Source: Eledone cirrhosa
Taxonomy: Eukaryota
Direction: 5' to 3'
Assembly (NCBI GenBank): GCA_964016885.1
Contig: OZ024743.1
Coordinates: forward strand, 325,996,001-326,060,000
Length of the DNA: 64,000 bases
A model generated the notes under the pieces. It searched no databases. It was not told where the DNA came from and saw nothing but the letters and a program-made list of their open reading frames with translations. This document shows positions 14,521-28,687 of this stretch, piece after piece (the stretch's first letter is position 1; each line of letters starts with the position of its first letter). The position numbers were made by a program, and so were the translations under genes.

Positions 14521-17500
14521 GTATGGAAGTATAATGCCGTCATATATGGCGTTCTTATGAAATATTATGAAGAATAAATTTTTGATAAGTTGATTTCAGA
14601 TCCGACACCAAAAAACTAAGTTTCCATTGGTTTTTCCATTTCTGATACTATCTGCTAGGAGCAACTTCTGGCAGAAGCGTTAACGCTATTCTAGTAATAT
14701 GAGGCGGGATTTGAACTCAGAACGCACAGAGTTGGAAACGGTACAACAAAGCGTCTCGTCCGATACTTTAAAAATTATGTCAGTCCACCACCCTTGAACT
14801 GATACTTTATTTATCAACCTCAAAAGGATGAAAGCCAGAATTTATCTTGGTGGCATTTGAACTCGGAATGCAGAGATCCATTACAGATATCGAGACACTT
14901 AATTCGACCCTCTAACAACTCGGCCAATTCACTGCTAAACTTGGTTCAGTTTGTCCTTATAATAGTTTCTGATTTAGACTCATGGCCAACAATTTTTTAG
15001 GGGTGGAGAAATCGATTCAATCGACCCCGGTGCATTACTGGTACTTTATTTTATCGACCCCGTAAGAATGATAGACAAAGCTAACCTCGGCGGGATTTGA
15101 AATCAGTACATAAAGGGCCGTAGCTCTATACTGTGAAGCATGGTGTCTGACACTCTATCGATACTGCCAATATACCGCCCTATGTTTGTCCTTATAATGC
15201 GACCATTTGACATAAAACGAGAATATCTGCTGATCACTGAGTGGTTCATATTGATCTGGGACTCAGTTTCTGTTTTATGGCGTAAAGCGGGTGAGAAATA
15301 AAAGTCAAACTTGGTTAGAACAGCAAACTACTGTAGGTTACGTCCCCATATCAGCTGCAGCCTATTCTCAACAGCTATATGAAGTGAGACATGTAGAGTT
15401 GAGTTTACTACTGAAATACAATACACAAAGACACACACCTGCAATGATTGTCACCTAACCTAATCATCTCAGCTATATTCAACTGACTTCTACGACAGCG
15501 GTACCTTTTTTTGTACTCGCGGCACACTGTAACCCTTTTGATATCAACTCGTCTGAAACTGCTTCTAAAACTGCCCATTTTAAAATATTCATATATTAAA
15601 ACCTTCCATCATATTCTGATATAAAACTTTATATAATGTTCCAAACATCAGTCTATTCGTGAGAAAGCCAGTTACTTTAGTAAATTCCTCCAAATTTGTT
15701 ACTATTTTCAAAATTAATTGAAGCACATCGGCAGTATTTCATTAGAAATATGATATCGAAGGGATTAGAGCAAATAAAAATATATTTATGCACTTTTAAA
15801 AAGCATTTATTTATTTTAGCCTATAAATATGAATACTGTCAACTACAGACTAATTACTTCATCATTCAGCAAGTAAATTGGCAGTGTCGGTAGAGCGTCG
15901 GATAACATGCTCTGCGGCATATACTTACAGCTCTTTACATTCTGAGTTCAAATTCCGTCTAGGTTAGCTTTCCTTATGGAGTCGATAAAATAAAGTACAA
16001 GTAACGCACTGGAGTCGATTTAATCGAGTTTCCCCTCCCCAATAAATGGTTGGCCTCGTGACTAAATCAGAAACCATTATTCAGTAAATGAAGTACAACA
16101 TATCAGTTTAGATTTTACGTTTTCTTTAAATATTTGTTTTTCTTTTTTTTTTAAATAAAACGGTCCCGCTTCGTAATAAACCTGTGTATCGTGCTGCAGG
16201 CGGTGAGTTGGCAGAGTCGTTAGAACGTCGGATAGAATGCTTTATGGTATTCGTTCCAGATCTCTGCTCTCAGAGTTCGAATCCCACCGAGATCAACAAA
16301 AAAAGTACCAGTCTAGTACTGGGGTCAATTCTTCCTCTATATATCTTTATCATTTCCTCTCTCTCTCACTTTCTATCTTCTCTGGAAGAAACCTACAGTA
16401 CTTAGGCCTGGAGAGGGATGGGATCCGCTAAGCTTAAAATGTCCGAGAAACGCCGTATGTCAATATGGCGCCCCTACGACTCTATCAGAAGTTACGAGAC
16501 CATACATACATCGTGTTGCACCGTTTGGGAACCATTGTTCTAGTGTATAATAGCCTTGAATGTAAAACCACAACATAACCATCGACTGAGATGATGTTTC
16601 ATTTTAGGTAGAGGCGATGTAACCAATACATTTGGCATCTTTCGCCAGTCTCTGGAAGTTATGTATCCGTATACACAACTGATTTGTAACATGCTTCTTT
16701 GTTTTTAATTTCTATCATTTATTAGCATTTTTCTTTTAAATACTTACCCTAATTTTTAAAAATTATTTTGTTCATTATCATTTTAATACTACTGCCAACA
16801 ATTTTATCAAAATTAAAAGGAATAAATAGAATGAAAATAAGTAGTACCTGATTGGTCTGTATATGGAAATTCCGAATACTTTATTAGTAAAAGGAACGGA
16901 ATATTACCGCAACATGCGTAAAGAAAAAGAATGGCGTAAAAGGCCCCCTCCGGTCGTGAATGAAAGTCCATCTCTTCACCCCACCCTGAGTCACATGCTC
17001 GTGCAAAGTGTTTCTGTGGAAGGCCAGCAGTCATCCATGCATACCAGTCTCCCCCTCTCCAAGTCATCAATGTTGTCCAATGGAAAGGTCGATACAGCTT
17101 GGTACCAGTGACGTCATGGCTCTTTTTTTTCCCAGCTAAGTGAATTGGAGCAATGTGAAATTAAGTGTCTTGCTCAAGAAAACAAGGCACCACCCAGGAA
17201 TCTAACTCACACCTCACGATTGTGAGACACACGCTCTACACCACTAACCACTAAGCCATGCGCCTTCACAAAGGAAATACTCCCACATAAAAAGCAAATA
17301 ATCTCTTATAATCCGTGTATCTGCAGGAGTTTAACTTTGTAAAAGAAAATGTTTGGAATTACATTGTTTCATAATAATTAAAGAAAGTACAAAAGAAAAC
17401 TATTGCAATAGATTTAAATGCCTAAAAGCGCCCCTGTTTCTATAATATAAAACTTTTTTTTATTTTAAAGTGTTTATATTTATTTTAAAAAAAGACTTCC

Positions 17501-19311
17501 ATCTCCCAATACCAACTTAACGAGAAAGTTAGTTATATTAAGTCCCTCCAAATTCTCGTTTATTTTCAAAATTATTTATCAGAGCAATATGGTAATAAAA
17601 GGTTTAAAAACAATTATGTTAATGGAATGTACCTCCGATAAGTATCCCAGTTGTTTGATCAAAGGAACGGCCTACTCGTGAAACTAACGTGTAAGTGGCT
17701 GAGCATTCTATGGACATGTAAGGTTGGCCCTTGAATTACTAGTACATTCCATCCGACGTGTTTCTAAATAGTTTCCATGTACGATTATCTAATTTCACTG
17801 CCAAGGCATGGGTTGACCTGAGGCTGATGTAAATGACACTTGCCTAAGGCACCACACACAGGGATCGAACTCGAGTCCTAATGATTGCGAGGCAAATTTC
17901 TTAATCATTCGGCTATGCTACGTCTACAATTATGTAATTAATTTAAGGCGGCGAATTGGCAGAGTCGTTAGAACGTGAGATAGAATACTTTATGTATTCG
18001 TTACGGCCCTCTGCTCTCGGAGTTCAAATCCCGCCGAGGCAAACTTCACCTTCTATCCTTTCGAGGTCGATAAAAAAAAGTACCACCCTAGTACTGGGGA
18101 AGATTCTTCTTCTATATCTCTTACTAATTTCCTCTCTCTCACTTTCTATCCTTCTCTGAAAGAAATCAGCTGTACTCAGGCCTGGAGAGGGATGGGCTCC
18201 GCCAGGCTTAAAATGTCCAAGAAAAGCCGTATGTCAATACGGTGCCCCTACGACTCTATCAGAAGTTACGGGACCGGACCTATATACAATAATTGATTAA
18301 AAAATCATACACGCATGTTACAAACTAGTTCTGCTGGATAAGTGCTGACCTTTACCGACTACGTACGGACGTGCTACTTCCGGTGACTGATGAAAAATAC
18401 CGAATCTCTTGTTTACATTACGTGTATCTAAAACGAAAGATCCCATTAAAAATGCCATTCTTACCTATACGATATTTTTCTTGAATTTCTATTTGAAGAC
18501 TTGTGTTATGAATCTTTGCGATTCGTCAAAATAATTAACGAACAAAATCTTTCTCCCTCACTCTCGCCTTCCCATCCCCTCCTTCTCATTAGCTCCCTCT
18601 CTCTCCTTCTAATTCACTCTTCTCTTCTCCCCCCCCCCCCCCACACACACACACGACTTTGAAGTGGTCTGTTTCATCAGACTAACGCCGACGAAACTTA
18701 CAAGTTAATATCAACCCTTTCTTTGAAAAGATATATTTTATACTCTATTCTACATACGTATTGAATAATTGTTTCTACTTTTGGCACAAGGCCAGCAATT
18801 ATCCCAGTGTATTACTGGTACTTTATTTTATCGACCCCGTAAGGATGAAAGGCAAAGTTAACCTCGGCGGGATTTGAACTCAGAATGGAAAGGGCCGTAA
18901 CTCTTTGCGTCAAAGCATGGCACCCGACTCTCTACCGATACTGCCAATCCACCGCTGAATAATGTTTGTTTTTCAATGAATATCAGAATGAAATTAACGT
19001 TGGGACGACTACTTCTCAAGTTTAAAATATTTCCAATGCTTCTTAAGTCAATGTTATTTCTATAAAACACATATGTGTGTATGCCTATGCATGCACATGT
19101 GTGTATGCCTATGCAAGCACGTATGTGTATGTGTGTGTATATATATATATGTCGATGCACGTGTGTGTAATACTATGCATGTGTGTGAGTAAGTGCATGT
19201 ATGCACGTATGTGTGTATGTATGCGTGTGTGTGTTTGTGTGTGCTTGGGTGTGTGTTACAATAAAATGGTGAGTTATTCAGTTTAAATCAATACATGTCT
19301 ATCTCTTGCAG

Positions 19312-19426
19312 TGATGGTTTCTTTGTCATACTCAGTGGTATGTATGGTCTATTGTTGGTGGTACTTGGTGCTGTGATACCAATTTCTGAAACTTTTGCAG
19401 CTCTTACGACCCTGTATTTCTTCGAT
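19312..19426 (+). CDS. OTOP: Otopetrin exon, TM1 (DGFFVILSGMYGLLLVVLGAVIPISE)
   Basis: CTCTTGCAG| acceptor and GAT|GTATGC donor. LSxxYG TM1 motif typical of otopetrins. Confidence 0.9.
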
Positions 19427-19518
19427 GTATGCATATATTTTCATACCATTTACGTCTTTCACTTGATAACTGCTTGTTTTCTCTTCAGAATGAATATAAA
19501 AGTTGACGAAGCACTGTC

Positions 19519-19522
19519 TCTT

Positions 19523-19553
<31 letters not shown>

Positions 19554-19860
19554 TTCCTGAGAGGGTCGTGGGAGCAGTGTCCTCAAACCCTCCCTCCAGC
19601 GAGTTCTGTCAGAAGCAACCGTCCCCACTAGATCCGGCTGGATTCCCAAGCGAGTCCAGCCAAACTCATCGATGTTACCCAACCATCTTTCTCAGAGTCT
19701 GTCCCTGGATCTCCTACCGGTTTGTTTTGCTCGTTAAATCTGTCTAGCAATTCTTTCCTGAGACATTCTAACCACATGCCGATAGTATCAGAGCTGTGAT
19801 CTCTCAATTCAGAGAAGTAGCAGTTCTACCTGGAGTGACTCTCCCATCGTGAAGCTTAGG
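19519..19860 (-). mobile_element. RTE-like LINE 3' fragment with (GAA)n tail; related pieces at ~32020-32350, ~54290-54375 and ~55040-55285
   Basis: Shared sequence ending in CAGGAATAAG plus (GAA)n. The clade call is an inference from the tail type. Confidence 0.6.
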
Positions 19861-20660
19861 CTGAAAAATATGTCTCTGTGAGTGGTGCAAGTTTATGCAC
19901 CAAACAAAGAATCCGAATACAGATCCTTCCTCGATAAAGTCACCGCAGCATTAGATGTAGCTAAGACTGAGTCATACCTTTTACCAGGCAACACAAAAAC
20001 TGGGGGCCATCAATTCTCATTCTATCGTCAATGTTCAAGTTTGTAGAGATGGCAAGTGTCGTAAATTATTTAGTAAATTCTCTAAGTTTCCAGTCTGCAC
20101 ACGCCACAATGCTTACATATGTGTCCAAAATATTCCAGCTCGTTCCTATCCATCATTTTCTCTTGATGAAGAAGGTTTAAGACCGAAATATTGAAAGAAT
20201 AAAAAAAGTAAAATAGCAATTAATCGATCGTTATGTAAGAGAATATGTAACCACTCAACTGTGATAGAGATATATACAATAATACAAGCGAGCTTCTATG
20301 TGGTTGTTAGACCTGCTAGAAATAGCAACCAAATGATCTCAACAGAATGATACAATCATACAAGGGAGTTTCTAGGTGGTTGTTTGACTTGCTAGAAATA
20401 CCAACCAAATAACCTCAACAGAATGATACAATCATACAAGATGGTTTCGAAGTAGTTGTTAGACCTGCTAGAAATACTGCATACCATCATCCTTGGAAAT
20501 AATGCACATAATCTTTGTTATTTATACATACTGCCTTTTTCATTTTGATTTCTATTGAACTTCTTTTCTCTACAATGCAATAACGTGCCTGTTACTTGGA
20601 CATTTTTATCATTTTACCATTGTTTGTATATTATTTTGTTTCACTTTGTTCTCTTTCCAG

Positions 20661-20925
20661 GCATTCTATATATATCTGTACGTCGGAAGTTGTTTGTTTA
20701 TTCTTTATGTTTACTCGTTCCTTTTACGACGCAATAAAAAAACTGTGAGCCATCGATTCTCATTCTATCGTCAGTGGTCGCGTAATCTGAACCGTTCTTG
20801 GTCGTTTGGGAGACGATCGGAGAGAAATGGGCAGAGGAGCGATGGAAGGCACCGTCGAAAATTTACAACAGACGTGGCCCCTCGTAATCCCAATGGAAGT
20901 TTTTACCTTCGACTTGGTGCTATTG
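20661..20925 (+). CDS. OTOP: Otopetrin exon, TM2 to start of TM3 (AFYIYLYVGS...GSFYLRLGAIG)
   Basis: TTCTCTTTCCAG| acceptor and G|GTGAGT donor. FYxYLYxGS and GSFYLRxGA are otopetrin motifs. Confidence 0.93.
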
Positions 20926-21071
20926 GTGAGTTGTCATTGCTTCAATTTTGAATGTTTTGTTTAAGAACAGGTGACTGCTTGTATGGATGGATGAGTGGTT
21001 GGATGGCTAGCTGGTTGGATGGAAGGATGGACATTTTAAACCTAACGAGGTCCATCGCTTTCCCAGAAGGG

Positions 21072-21113
<42 letters not shown>

Positions 21114-21386
21114 GAAAAAACGAGGAAGTTTCGTTTACATATAAAAAATATGTATTGTGTATCGACCTGTTACGCGCATTTCGCAGAGGTTTAGCTCAAG
21201 GTAACCCATAGGAGTTATGGACCCGACTCCAGTATCGATCTGCTCGTCAGACTGGTGATGTGAACGAAACTTCCTCGTTTTTTTTCTATTACTTACACTC
21301 TGCCTGTGTATAGAGTGCTTGATTTGGAACCAACACCAGTAATTTACTGTACTACCCACACTATATATATATATATATATATAAAA

Positions 21387-21422
<36 letters not shown>

Positions 21423-23187
21423 GGGGGGGAATCAACCCTAGTACTGTACTGGTACTTTTTTATCGATCTCAAAATGAGGAAAGACAAAGTTTACCAAGGT
21501 GGGATTTGAAATCAGAGCGCAGAGAGCCTGTACGAATACGAATACCGCAAAACATGCTATCCAACGTCCTAACGATTCTACCATTTCACTACTTATTGAT
21601 TGTTTATATAAACACAAGGCTTAAAGAAGGAAATAATCGATTATATCGATTCGAATGTCTGACTGGTGTTTTATTCTATAGACTCTAGACCGGCGAAATG
21701 CGTGTAACACAAAGTGGACCTGACTGGAATTTGAAGTAAGAACATAAAGGAATGTAATTCAATAATGTAAGACATTTATTCCGTCAATCTATTGATTTTG
21801 CTAACCCATCGCCCTTTGTATCAGTCATAGCAGAATATCTTCCATGTTTAATGGTGGAATCGTTATATAGTTCCAAGAAACTAAGCGAGGTATACTCGAC
21901 AAGCGACAAGTATATGGTTCGAATACTGTATTTTTTGGTGTTTTTTTTTATGTTTTGTTTCTATTTATTAAATGAATTCATATTATAAATGGGAACATGC
22001 GTATTCGGCTTTTGAGAGATGCTTGATTGGAGTACTGCCGTCATATAATGTTGTTTGGTCTCAGGTCAGCTTTCATTGGGAAGATTTGGCTGCTATTTCT
22101 GGACATAACGAATCTAGGTCTACATTATCCAATGTCTCTTTCCTTTTTTAAATAAACAATAGTGGGCGGTTTCAGGGAGATTTGGCTGCTATTTCTAACA
22201 AGCTGAACAGCAACGTAAACGTTCAATCGTTGATTCATACTGAAGCCTATCAAATGTGTTTGGTTTGGTAGAGCACCGGTTCAAATACCTTGGGTTCGGG
22301 GTTCAAATCCTGCCATTATTGAGTTTACTTCTCATACCGTCAACCCCGATAAAATATCTACTAGTTAAAGTATTCATCTCTATTCAATTAATTACCATAT
22401 TCCCACAAAATTTGTAGTACCTGTGTCAGTGTTAGGAACTCTTACGATGCCACTGGCCAGTCAGTTGAATTAAAAAATAATAGATTGCCTGACTAAATAA
22501 CAGTTCATTCAGAGTTAGAACATTCAATGAAGGGAATCATTAAATATGTCGACTAGAGATAATTACAGGGGGAAAAATACTCGTCTTTTGGCAAGTACGG
22601 GAGACAAATCTGTACGTTTTTCAGTCTTACTAGATCTCACCAGCGAAACCTAAACTTCACTATATTTGCCAGTCAAAATACTTTGCAGTATTTAGTTCCA
22701 TTATATCTACTTCAGATGTCGCTAGTAATAACTATAAGATTGTCTTAATTCAGTTTCACTATTGGATTGATGTTATTTTTTCTTTCAATGCACCACCAAT
22801 ATGTTTTATGCAAAAGAGTGAAGAAATAATTGACCAATGTGTCATGCACCACTTACTTTGGCTTGGTTCAATGGGAGGATGGGTGTAAAATATGCTTGCA
22901 GATCTAATTTCATGTGCCCAGAGGTTTGTTAGTGAAACGACACAGAAATTTCGTTCAGCTGAAGGAAAGTGTAAACCATTCAGTTGGCGCTAACATCCTT
23001 ATTCTAGAAACCTGCAGATAGTTTTCTGTCGTTAGCAACATGATACTGGTAATATTATATTGGCAACATAATACCAGAAGCTTACATCAAACTATAACAT
23101 TTGAAAAACTTAATGTTGTTTTCACCAATTGCCCCAGCTCATTCCAATGAGCAAAGACCTTGAAGTCACCATCTCGTCTTTAAATAT

Positions 23188-23240
<53 letters not shown>

Positions 23241-23344
23241 TTCGTATCTCTAAAGAAATACGGTTTTAGGAAGCCGTAGCTATGCAAACACCGAGGGGGG
23301 GGGCTAATCCCCTCCGGTGGTGTCCAGCAGAAGCAAGGGGGACA

Positions 23345-23388
23345 ACCGTCTATGCATTTCAGGCTTGACTGGCCTTCATCAGGACGGT
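23345..23388 (-). ncRNA. Minimal type-I hammerhead ribozyme, family C
   Basis: Minus strand reads ACCGTC-CTGATGA-AGGC-CAGTCAA-GCCT-GAA-ATGCAT-A-GACGGT. Confidence 0.85.
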
Positions 23389-23736
23389 CCCTCCCACCGC
23401 TTGCTACTGCTGGACTTGAAAACAGTCGAGAATATATACTTTTCTCGTCTGTGTAAATGAGATGATTAATCTCGTTTGCATATGAAGCTGCATAAGTTGG
23501 TCCCGGTGTTTGCATAGTTACGGCTTCCTAAAACCGTATTTCTTTAGAAATACGAAATTTCTAACCACATTGTATAAAGCTATGCTTGAAGCGAAATCTT
23601 ATTTCTTTTCTATTATAAGTTGAGCCAACTTATGCAGCTTCATATGCAAATGAGTTTAATCACCTCATTTACACAGACGAGAAAAGTATATATTCTCGGC
23701 TGTTTTCAAGTCCAGCAGTCGCAAGCGGTGGGAGGG

Positions 23737-23780
23737 ACCGTCCTGACGAAGGCCAGTCAAGCCGAAAATGCATAGATGGT
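23737..23780 (+). ncRNA. Minimal type-I hammerhead ribozyme, family C (slightly diverged copy)
   Basis: ACCGTC-CTGACGA-A-GGC-CAGTCAA-GCC-GAAA-ATGCAT-A-GATGGT. Confidence 0.7.
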
Positions 23781-23953
23781 TGTCCCCCTTGCCTTTGCTG
23801 AACACCACCGGAGGGCGTTAGCCCCCCGGTGTTTGCATAGCTACGGCTTCCTAAAACCGTATTTCTTTAGAAATACGAAATTTCTATACATATTGTATAA
23901 AGCTACGCTTGAAGCGAAATCTTATTTCTTTTTTCTCTCTCTCACTATTTATA

Positions 23954-24086
<133 letters not shown>

Positions 24087-24527
24087 TTAATTACTGACCA
24101 TGAAAATGTCGAAGTACATGAAGTACTTGTCATCCCTTCGCTGTGCATCTCCAATACTTTTAATATTTTTAATGCTTGCACTATTTTTAATGCTTATATC
24201 ATTTCTCCACACACAGACTATAACAATCATATAAAGAATTTGCCACCAAAGTGCTCCTACTACACGTAACTCTCTGCCACACTATATAAACAAGACGCAC
24301 GTGCTTGCCACACATATAACATTTGCACTATATAACCGCTTATCTTCATGTTGTATTTTAACCTGTATTTTTGATTTTTGATTGTACCTTTTAATATGAA
24401 TGTAATCTCGAAGTGTGTACTGCCACTCTAAATGCTGTAATGAATGTTGACCCACAATATTTGCATATGTATCGGTATGTCTCTTGGCTGAAAAGGAGGT
24501 CATATAACTGTCCATTCATTAATAAAT

Positions 24528-24574
24528 TGCTCCGAAGAATCCAAACCTCGGTTTGGAGGAAACAGCTGTAAGCA
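24528..24574 (+). ncRNA. Minimal type-I hammerhead, family D (CCGAAGA core)
   Basis: TGCT-CCGAAGA-A-TCCAAAC-CTCG-GTTTGGA-G-GAA-ACAGCTGT-A-AGCA. Confidence 0.75.
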
Positions 24575-24627
24575 CAATAATGTTTTGAACAGTTCTTTGA
24601 TTCTTATATTTCATATATATATATATA

Positions 24628-25030
24628 CTAGCAGATTTACCCGGCGTTTGAAATTATGCTAAGAATATACAGCTAGGAAGTAAATTGAATGGAAAATCCC
24701 ATAAGGATTTAGTTTTTATGGGTTTGCTGACACAAGCATGTGACTTAGAAGAAAATCGATGCTCGCTTAAGAGCCTTGTAGTGCAGAGAATAAACACAAA
24801 AAAATGTGCAAGCTACAGCTGAAAGGTTGTAGGTCCCAACAGTTTGAATGGAAACTCGTGGGTCGATTTGAAACATTTTTATGATGCGACCATCTTAGCG
24901 ATATGTGCAACGGGCACAGAAAATTTGGTCAAATTCGGTTGGGAATTGTAAAAGCCTTAGCTGTCCAAAGTTGTCCACAGACACACACACACACACACAG
25001 ACACATGTTCGCTTTTATATATATAGATAT
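24628..25030 (-). mobile_element. Non-autonomous Helitron-like element (second copy at ~63174-63570, +)
   Basis: In the + copy the 5' end reads TCTATATATATAAAAGCG followed by GT repeats, and the 3' end reads ...CGCCGGGTAAATCTGCTAG|T. Confidence 0.6.
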
Positions 25031-25129
25031 ATAGATATATATGAAAAGGTAAACAGAAATAACAACACAATCGGTACCGTATATGGAAGGTATATATTAG
25101 GTTAACGCTTGATATAGCAGAAAGAGGGT

Positions 25130-25163
25130 CTTAACGTTTCGGACGCTAGTCCTTCATCAGAAG
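25130..25163 (-). ncRNA. Minimal type-I hammerhead, family E
   Basis: Minus strand reads CTT-CTGATGA-A-GGAC-TAGC-GTCC-GAA-ACGT-T-AAG. Confidence 0.75.
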
Positions 25164-25954
25164 GAAGAATGAGAAATAAAATAGATTGAGGGGACGGGCG
25201 GGTTGGAATTGGAAAAAATGTCTTCAGATAAAAATAACAATATATATATATATGTGTGTGTGTGTATGTATGTATATATATATATACATATATATACATA
25301 TATATGTATGTGTGTGTATGTATGTGTATTTATATATACATGTATGTCAGGTCACCAGTTGGTGCTACTGGTAGCATGTATCCCAGTACAACCTGTCCCA
25401 TGGTCGGGTCGTTGACGACTAAACTGGCAACCCCACCAAGGTTTCTTGGTGAGGAGGGTGACATTGGACATCCTGCAGGACTAAAAACAAAATCTGTCAA
25501 AGGGAAAAGGAGCTCTTAAGAGTCAATGGCCATCCACAATCACCGGGAGAGATGACCCCCTTAGCCTTTGTCAAGGCAGAATTCTAGGAGAAGGAAAACT
25601 CTGATAGAACACCTGCAACCCTGATGGTATCCAATGATGTTGACTTGTTCTTCTTTTTGGTAAATATCATCTTGGTTAAGAGAGTGGGACTGGCTTTGTG
25701 CAGTGCCTTTGCTCACTATAAAAGCTTCGCGGCACAGGCATTGCTTTATATCTTGAGATCTCTCTGCACTTGTCATCACATGGTACCATGGGCCCAGCAC
25801 TATGTGTCAATAATTGTCACAAGTGTAGTGTTTGTACCAGAGTTTTCAAGTCGCTGGCTGGACTAAAAAGTCACACTTGTTCAGCGCATCGGTAGAGATT
25901 CTCCTACATGGATATAAAGTAGTGGCCGTACTCGAAAACTAGTTGGCAGCCACC

Positions 25955-26007
<53 letters not shown>

Positions 26008-26097
26008 TTAGTTAAGCAAAACAAGGCCACAAATTTCACAAGGAAGACATTATTAAAAGATTGTCAACATATTTTAGTTTGATGTAAGGAATGTAGA

Positions 26098-26135
<38 letters not shown>

Positions 26136-26138
26136 TCG

Positions 26139-26257
26139 GTTTACAATTGTTTCGCTACTCCATATAATATTTCTGGATCAGATGACTATCTATCATTATT
26201 GACCTGGTTCAGTTGAAAATAATTAACATATTTAAAAACAGAGCGGCTCATCGGAAC
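26139..26257 (-). ncRNA. Type-I hammerhead, family F (Penelope 3' region, long stem II insert, CCGATGA core)
   Basis: Minus strand reads GTT-CCGATGA-GCCGCTC...GAGTAGC-GAA-ACAATTGT-A-AAC. Confidence 0.65.
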
Positions 26258-28565
26258 TTCAAAGGAATATAAATTAAAATAAGGAGAGAATGTTACATAA
26301 TGTAGTGTTCCATATATTGGTGTTTCACTATGGTGTTCTGGTTGTATCAGTTGTCAGCCATAATCAAGCAGTATTCATCTGTTGAGGCTGCATTGTGTGA
26401 GATCTGCCTATGGGTAACAAGATGGCCGCCAAAGGACATATTTACCTTACTAATTAGAGGGTGGTTTCAGGGGAAGTAACTCCTCAAGAGATTAGAAATT
26501 GTGGGTAGTTTATAGTTAAGTGTTAATTTTAATTTTTTTTAATTGAGAGACAATGTAGGGGAGGTAACTTGTAATTATCTAAGTTAGCTATAGCTATTTA
26601 ACTTATTAGCTACAAGTGGAAATGGGGCTAGATGACTATGTTGGGTCAAATATTCTATTGGCGAAGAAACTAGCCCTTCGATGTTGACAGCTAATAGTTA
26701 CCTCCGTTCTATCGTTAATCGGTAGAGGTCGTGATAGAGTTATGTAATATGCTTCAGTAATACAGAGATCACAAGATTTTCTTCGTCCATTGAAAGGTTG
26801 GGCCCTAGCTACGATATCCCATCTTAGTGAGTGTTCAATGTTGCTTAATTTAAGGTTTTTAATGAGCCTAGCTAGAGATGTCGAACATCTGTTGCTAGGG
26901 TCTCGGAAGGAAAAAGAGTGTGCGTTATAACGTACCTTGAAAGAGTTAGAGGTAGACCCGATATAAGAGCTGGTATTCGAAGCAGTTTTAACCGTGCGCC
27001 TATAGTCTATGTTGGGTGTCAGGCAGTGTCCATTTAATGGGCATGCATTAGGGTAACAGCAGTTGCAGTTGCTTCTGCGGTTAGTGATAGTAGGGCAGTT
27101 TAACCTAAGCGGTTGGTCAGTGCTAGAAGGATTAGATGGGGGAGGTGTGCTACTAGAGTAATTATTGGTGTAGTGGCGTGGTGTATTTGATAGGGGTGGT
27201 GGTACCGCGGTGTGGGAGTTATACTATCTTAGTTTATGATGGTTACTGAATGCGATGTGGCTAGCTAGGTTAGGTGTTGTTGAGAATGAAATTTTAATGT
27301 TATTTTTATTAAAGAGTTTGTAATATCTATGGTTGGGGGGGGGGGTAATGTTTAGATAGGATAGAGAAGAAGCGTTTAGGGATATTAGTGGCTAGATTAG
27401 ATGAGAATGGGGGGGGGGGTAAGCCAGGTGATATTTCTAGGTTTATTCCTTCTAGGGGTTCTAGTGGAGTTGGTAGGGGCCTTCCTAGGGTTATTATTAC
27501 CTGGGGATTTGTTATATGTCATCCCATTTCTCAATCATATTCTAGCGTTGATTTTTAGTTTGCTACTTGGAGTGGGGAGCAGGCCGTTGCCACCATTAAA
27601 GTTCCCTGTGTAGGTGCTGTTACTGCTAACATTCCGGCGAATCTGGCTATATACTAAGGTATTTCTAGTTCTAGTGTTAAATTTATTATGGTGAATTGCT
27701 GTGTTATGGCATTTAGGTATGTAGTAAATGGATTGTTCATAACCAGATTCAGAAAGAGCCTTATTATAATATTGTGCATGGTTTATAAATATCTCCTCAT
27801 TTGCTGATAGCATTGAGATCCTATATGAGATAGATTTGATTACTGTTCTGATGACTGCCGGTGGGTCTACCTCTAACCCTTTTAAGGTACGCTATAACGC
27901 ACACTCTTTTTCCTTCCGGGACCCTAGCAACAGATGTTCGACATCTCTAGCTAGGCTCATTAAAAACCTTAAATTAAGCAACATTGAACACTCACTAATA
28001 TGGGATATCGTAGCTAGGGCCCAACCCTTCAATGGACGAAGAAAATCTTGTGATCTCTGTATTACCAAAGCATATTACATTACTCTATCACGACCTCTAC
28101 CGATTAACAATAGAACGAAGGTAACTATTAGCTGTCAACATCGAAGGGCTAATTCCTTCGCCAATAGAATATTTGACCCAACATAGTCATCTAGCCCCAT
28201 TTTCACTTGTAGCTAATAAGTTAAATAGCTATAACTAACTTAGATAATTATAAGTTACCTCCCCTACATTGTCTCTCAATTAAAAGAATGTTTAAATTAG
28301 CACTTAACTATAAACTACCCACAATTTCTAATCTCTTGAGGAATTACTTCCCCTGAAACCACCCTCTAATTAGTAAGGTAAATATGTCCTTTGGCGGCCA
28401 TCTTGTTACCCATAGGCAGATCTCATACAATGCAGCCTCGACAGATGAATACTGCTTGATTATGGCTGACAACTGATACAACCAGGACACCATAGTGAAA
28501 CACCAATATATGGAACACTACATTATGTAACATTCTCTCCTTATTTTAATTTATATTCCTTTGAA

Positions 28566-28687
28566 GTTCCGATGAGCTGCTCTGTTTTTTAAATATGTTA
28601 ATTATTTTCAACTGAACCAGATCAATAATGATATATATAGTCATCTGATCCAGAAATATTATATGGAGTAGCGAAACAATTGTAAAC
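28566..28687 (+). ncRNA. Type-I hammerhead, family F (inverted copy)
   Basis: GTT-CCGATGA-GCTGCTC-(about 83 nt)-GAGTAGC-GAA-ACAATTGT-A-AAC. The 7-bp basal stem II pairs fully, with one G-U. Confidence 0.7.

Larger units (their letters stand above)
23234..23935. mobile_element. Non-coding hammerhead element: inverted copy plus ~1.3 tandem units (period ~323 nt)
   Basis: 23234-23500 is the reverse complement of 23625-23886. 23502-23609 repeats directly at 23825-23932. (TA)n on both sides. Confidence 0.8.

Noticed and set aside
20160-20210. Hammerhead-like TGAAGA-A-GGT..ACC-GAAATATT
   Set aside because: C3 is missing and stem I is unconvincing. At best a decayed copy, so it is not counted.
25561-25866. 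Conserved small ORFs repeated at 62329-62634
   Set aside because: The identity reflects the inverted duplication of a repeat (related decayed copy near 11800-12000), not coding conservation.
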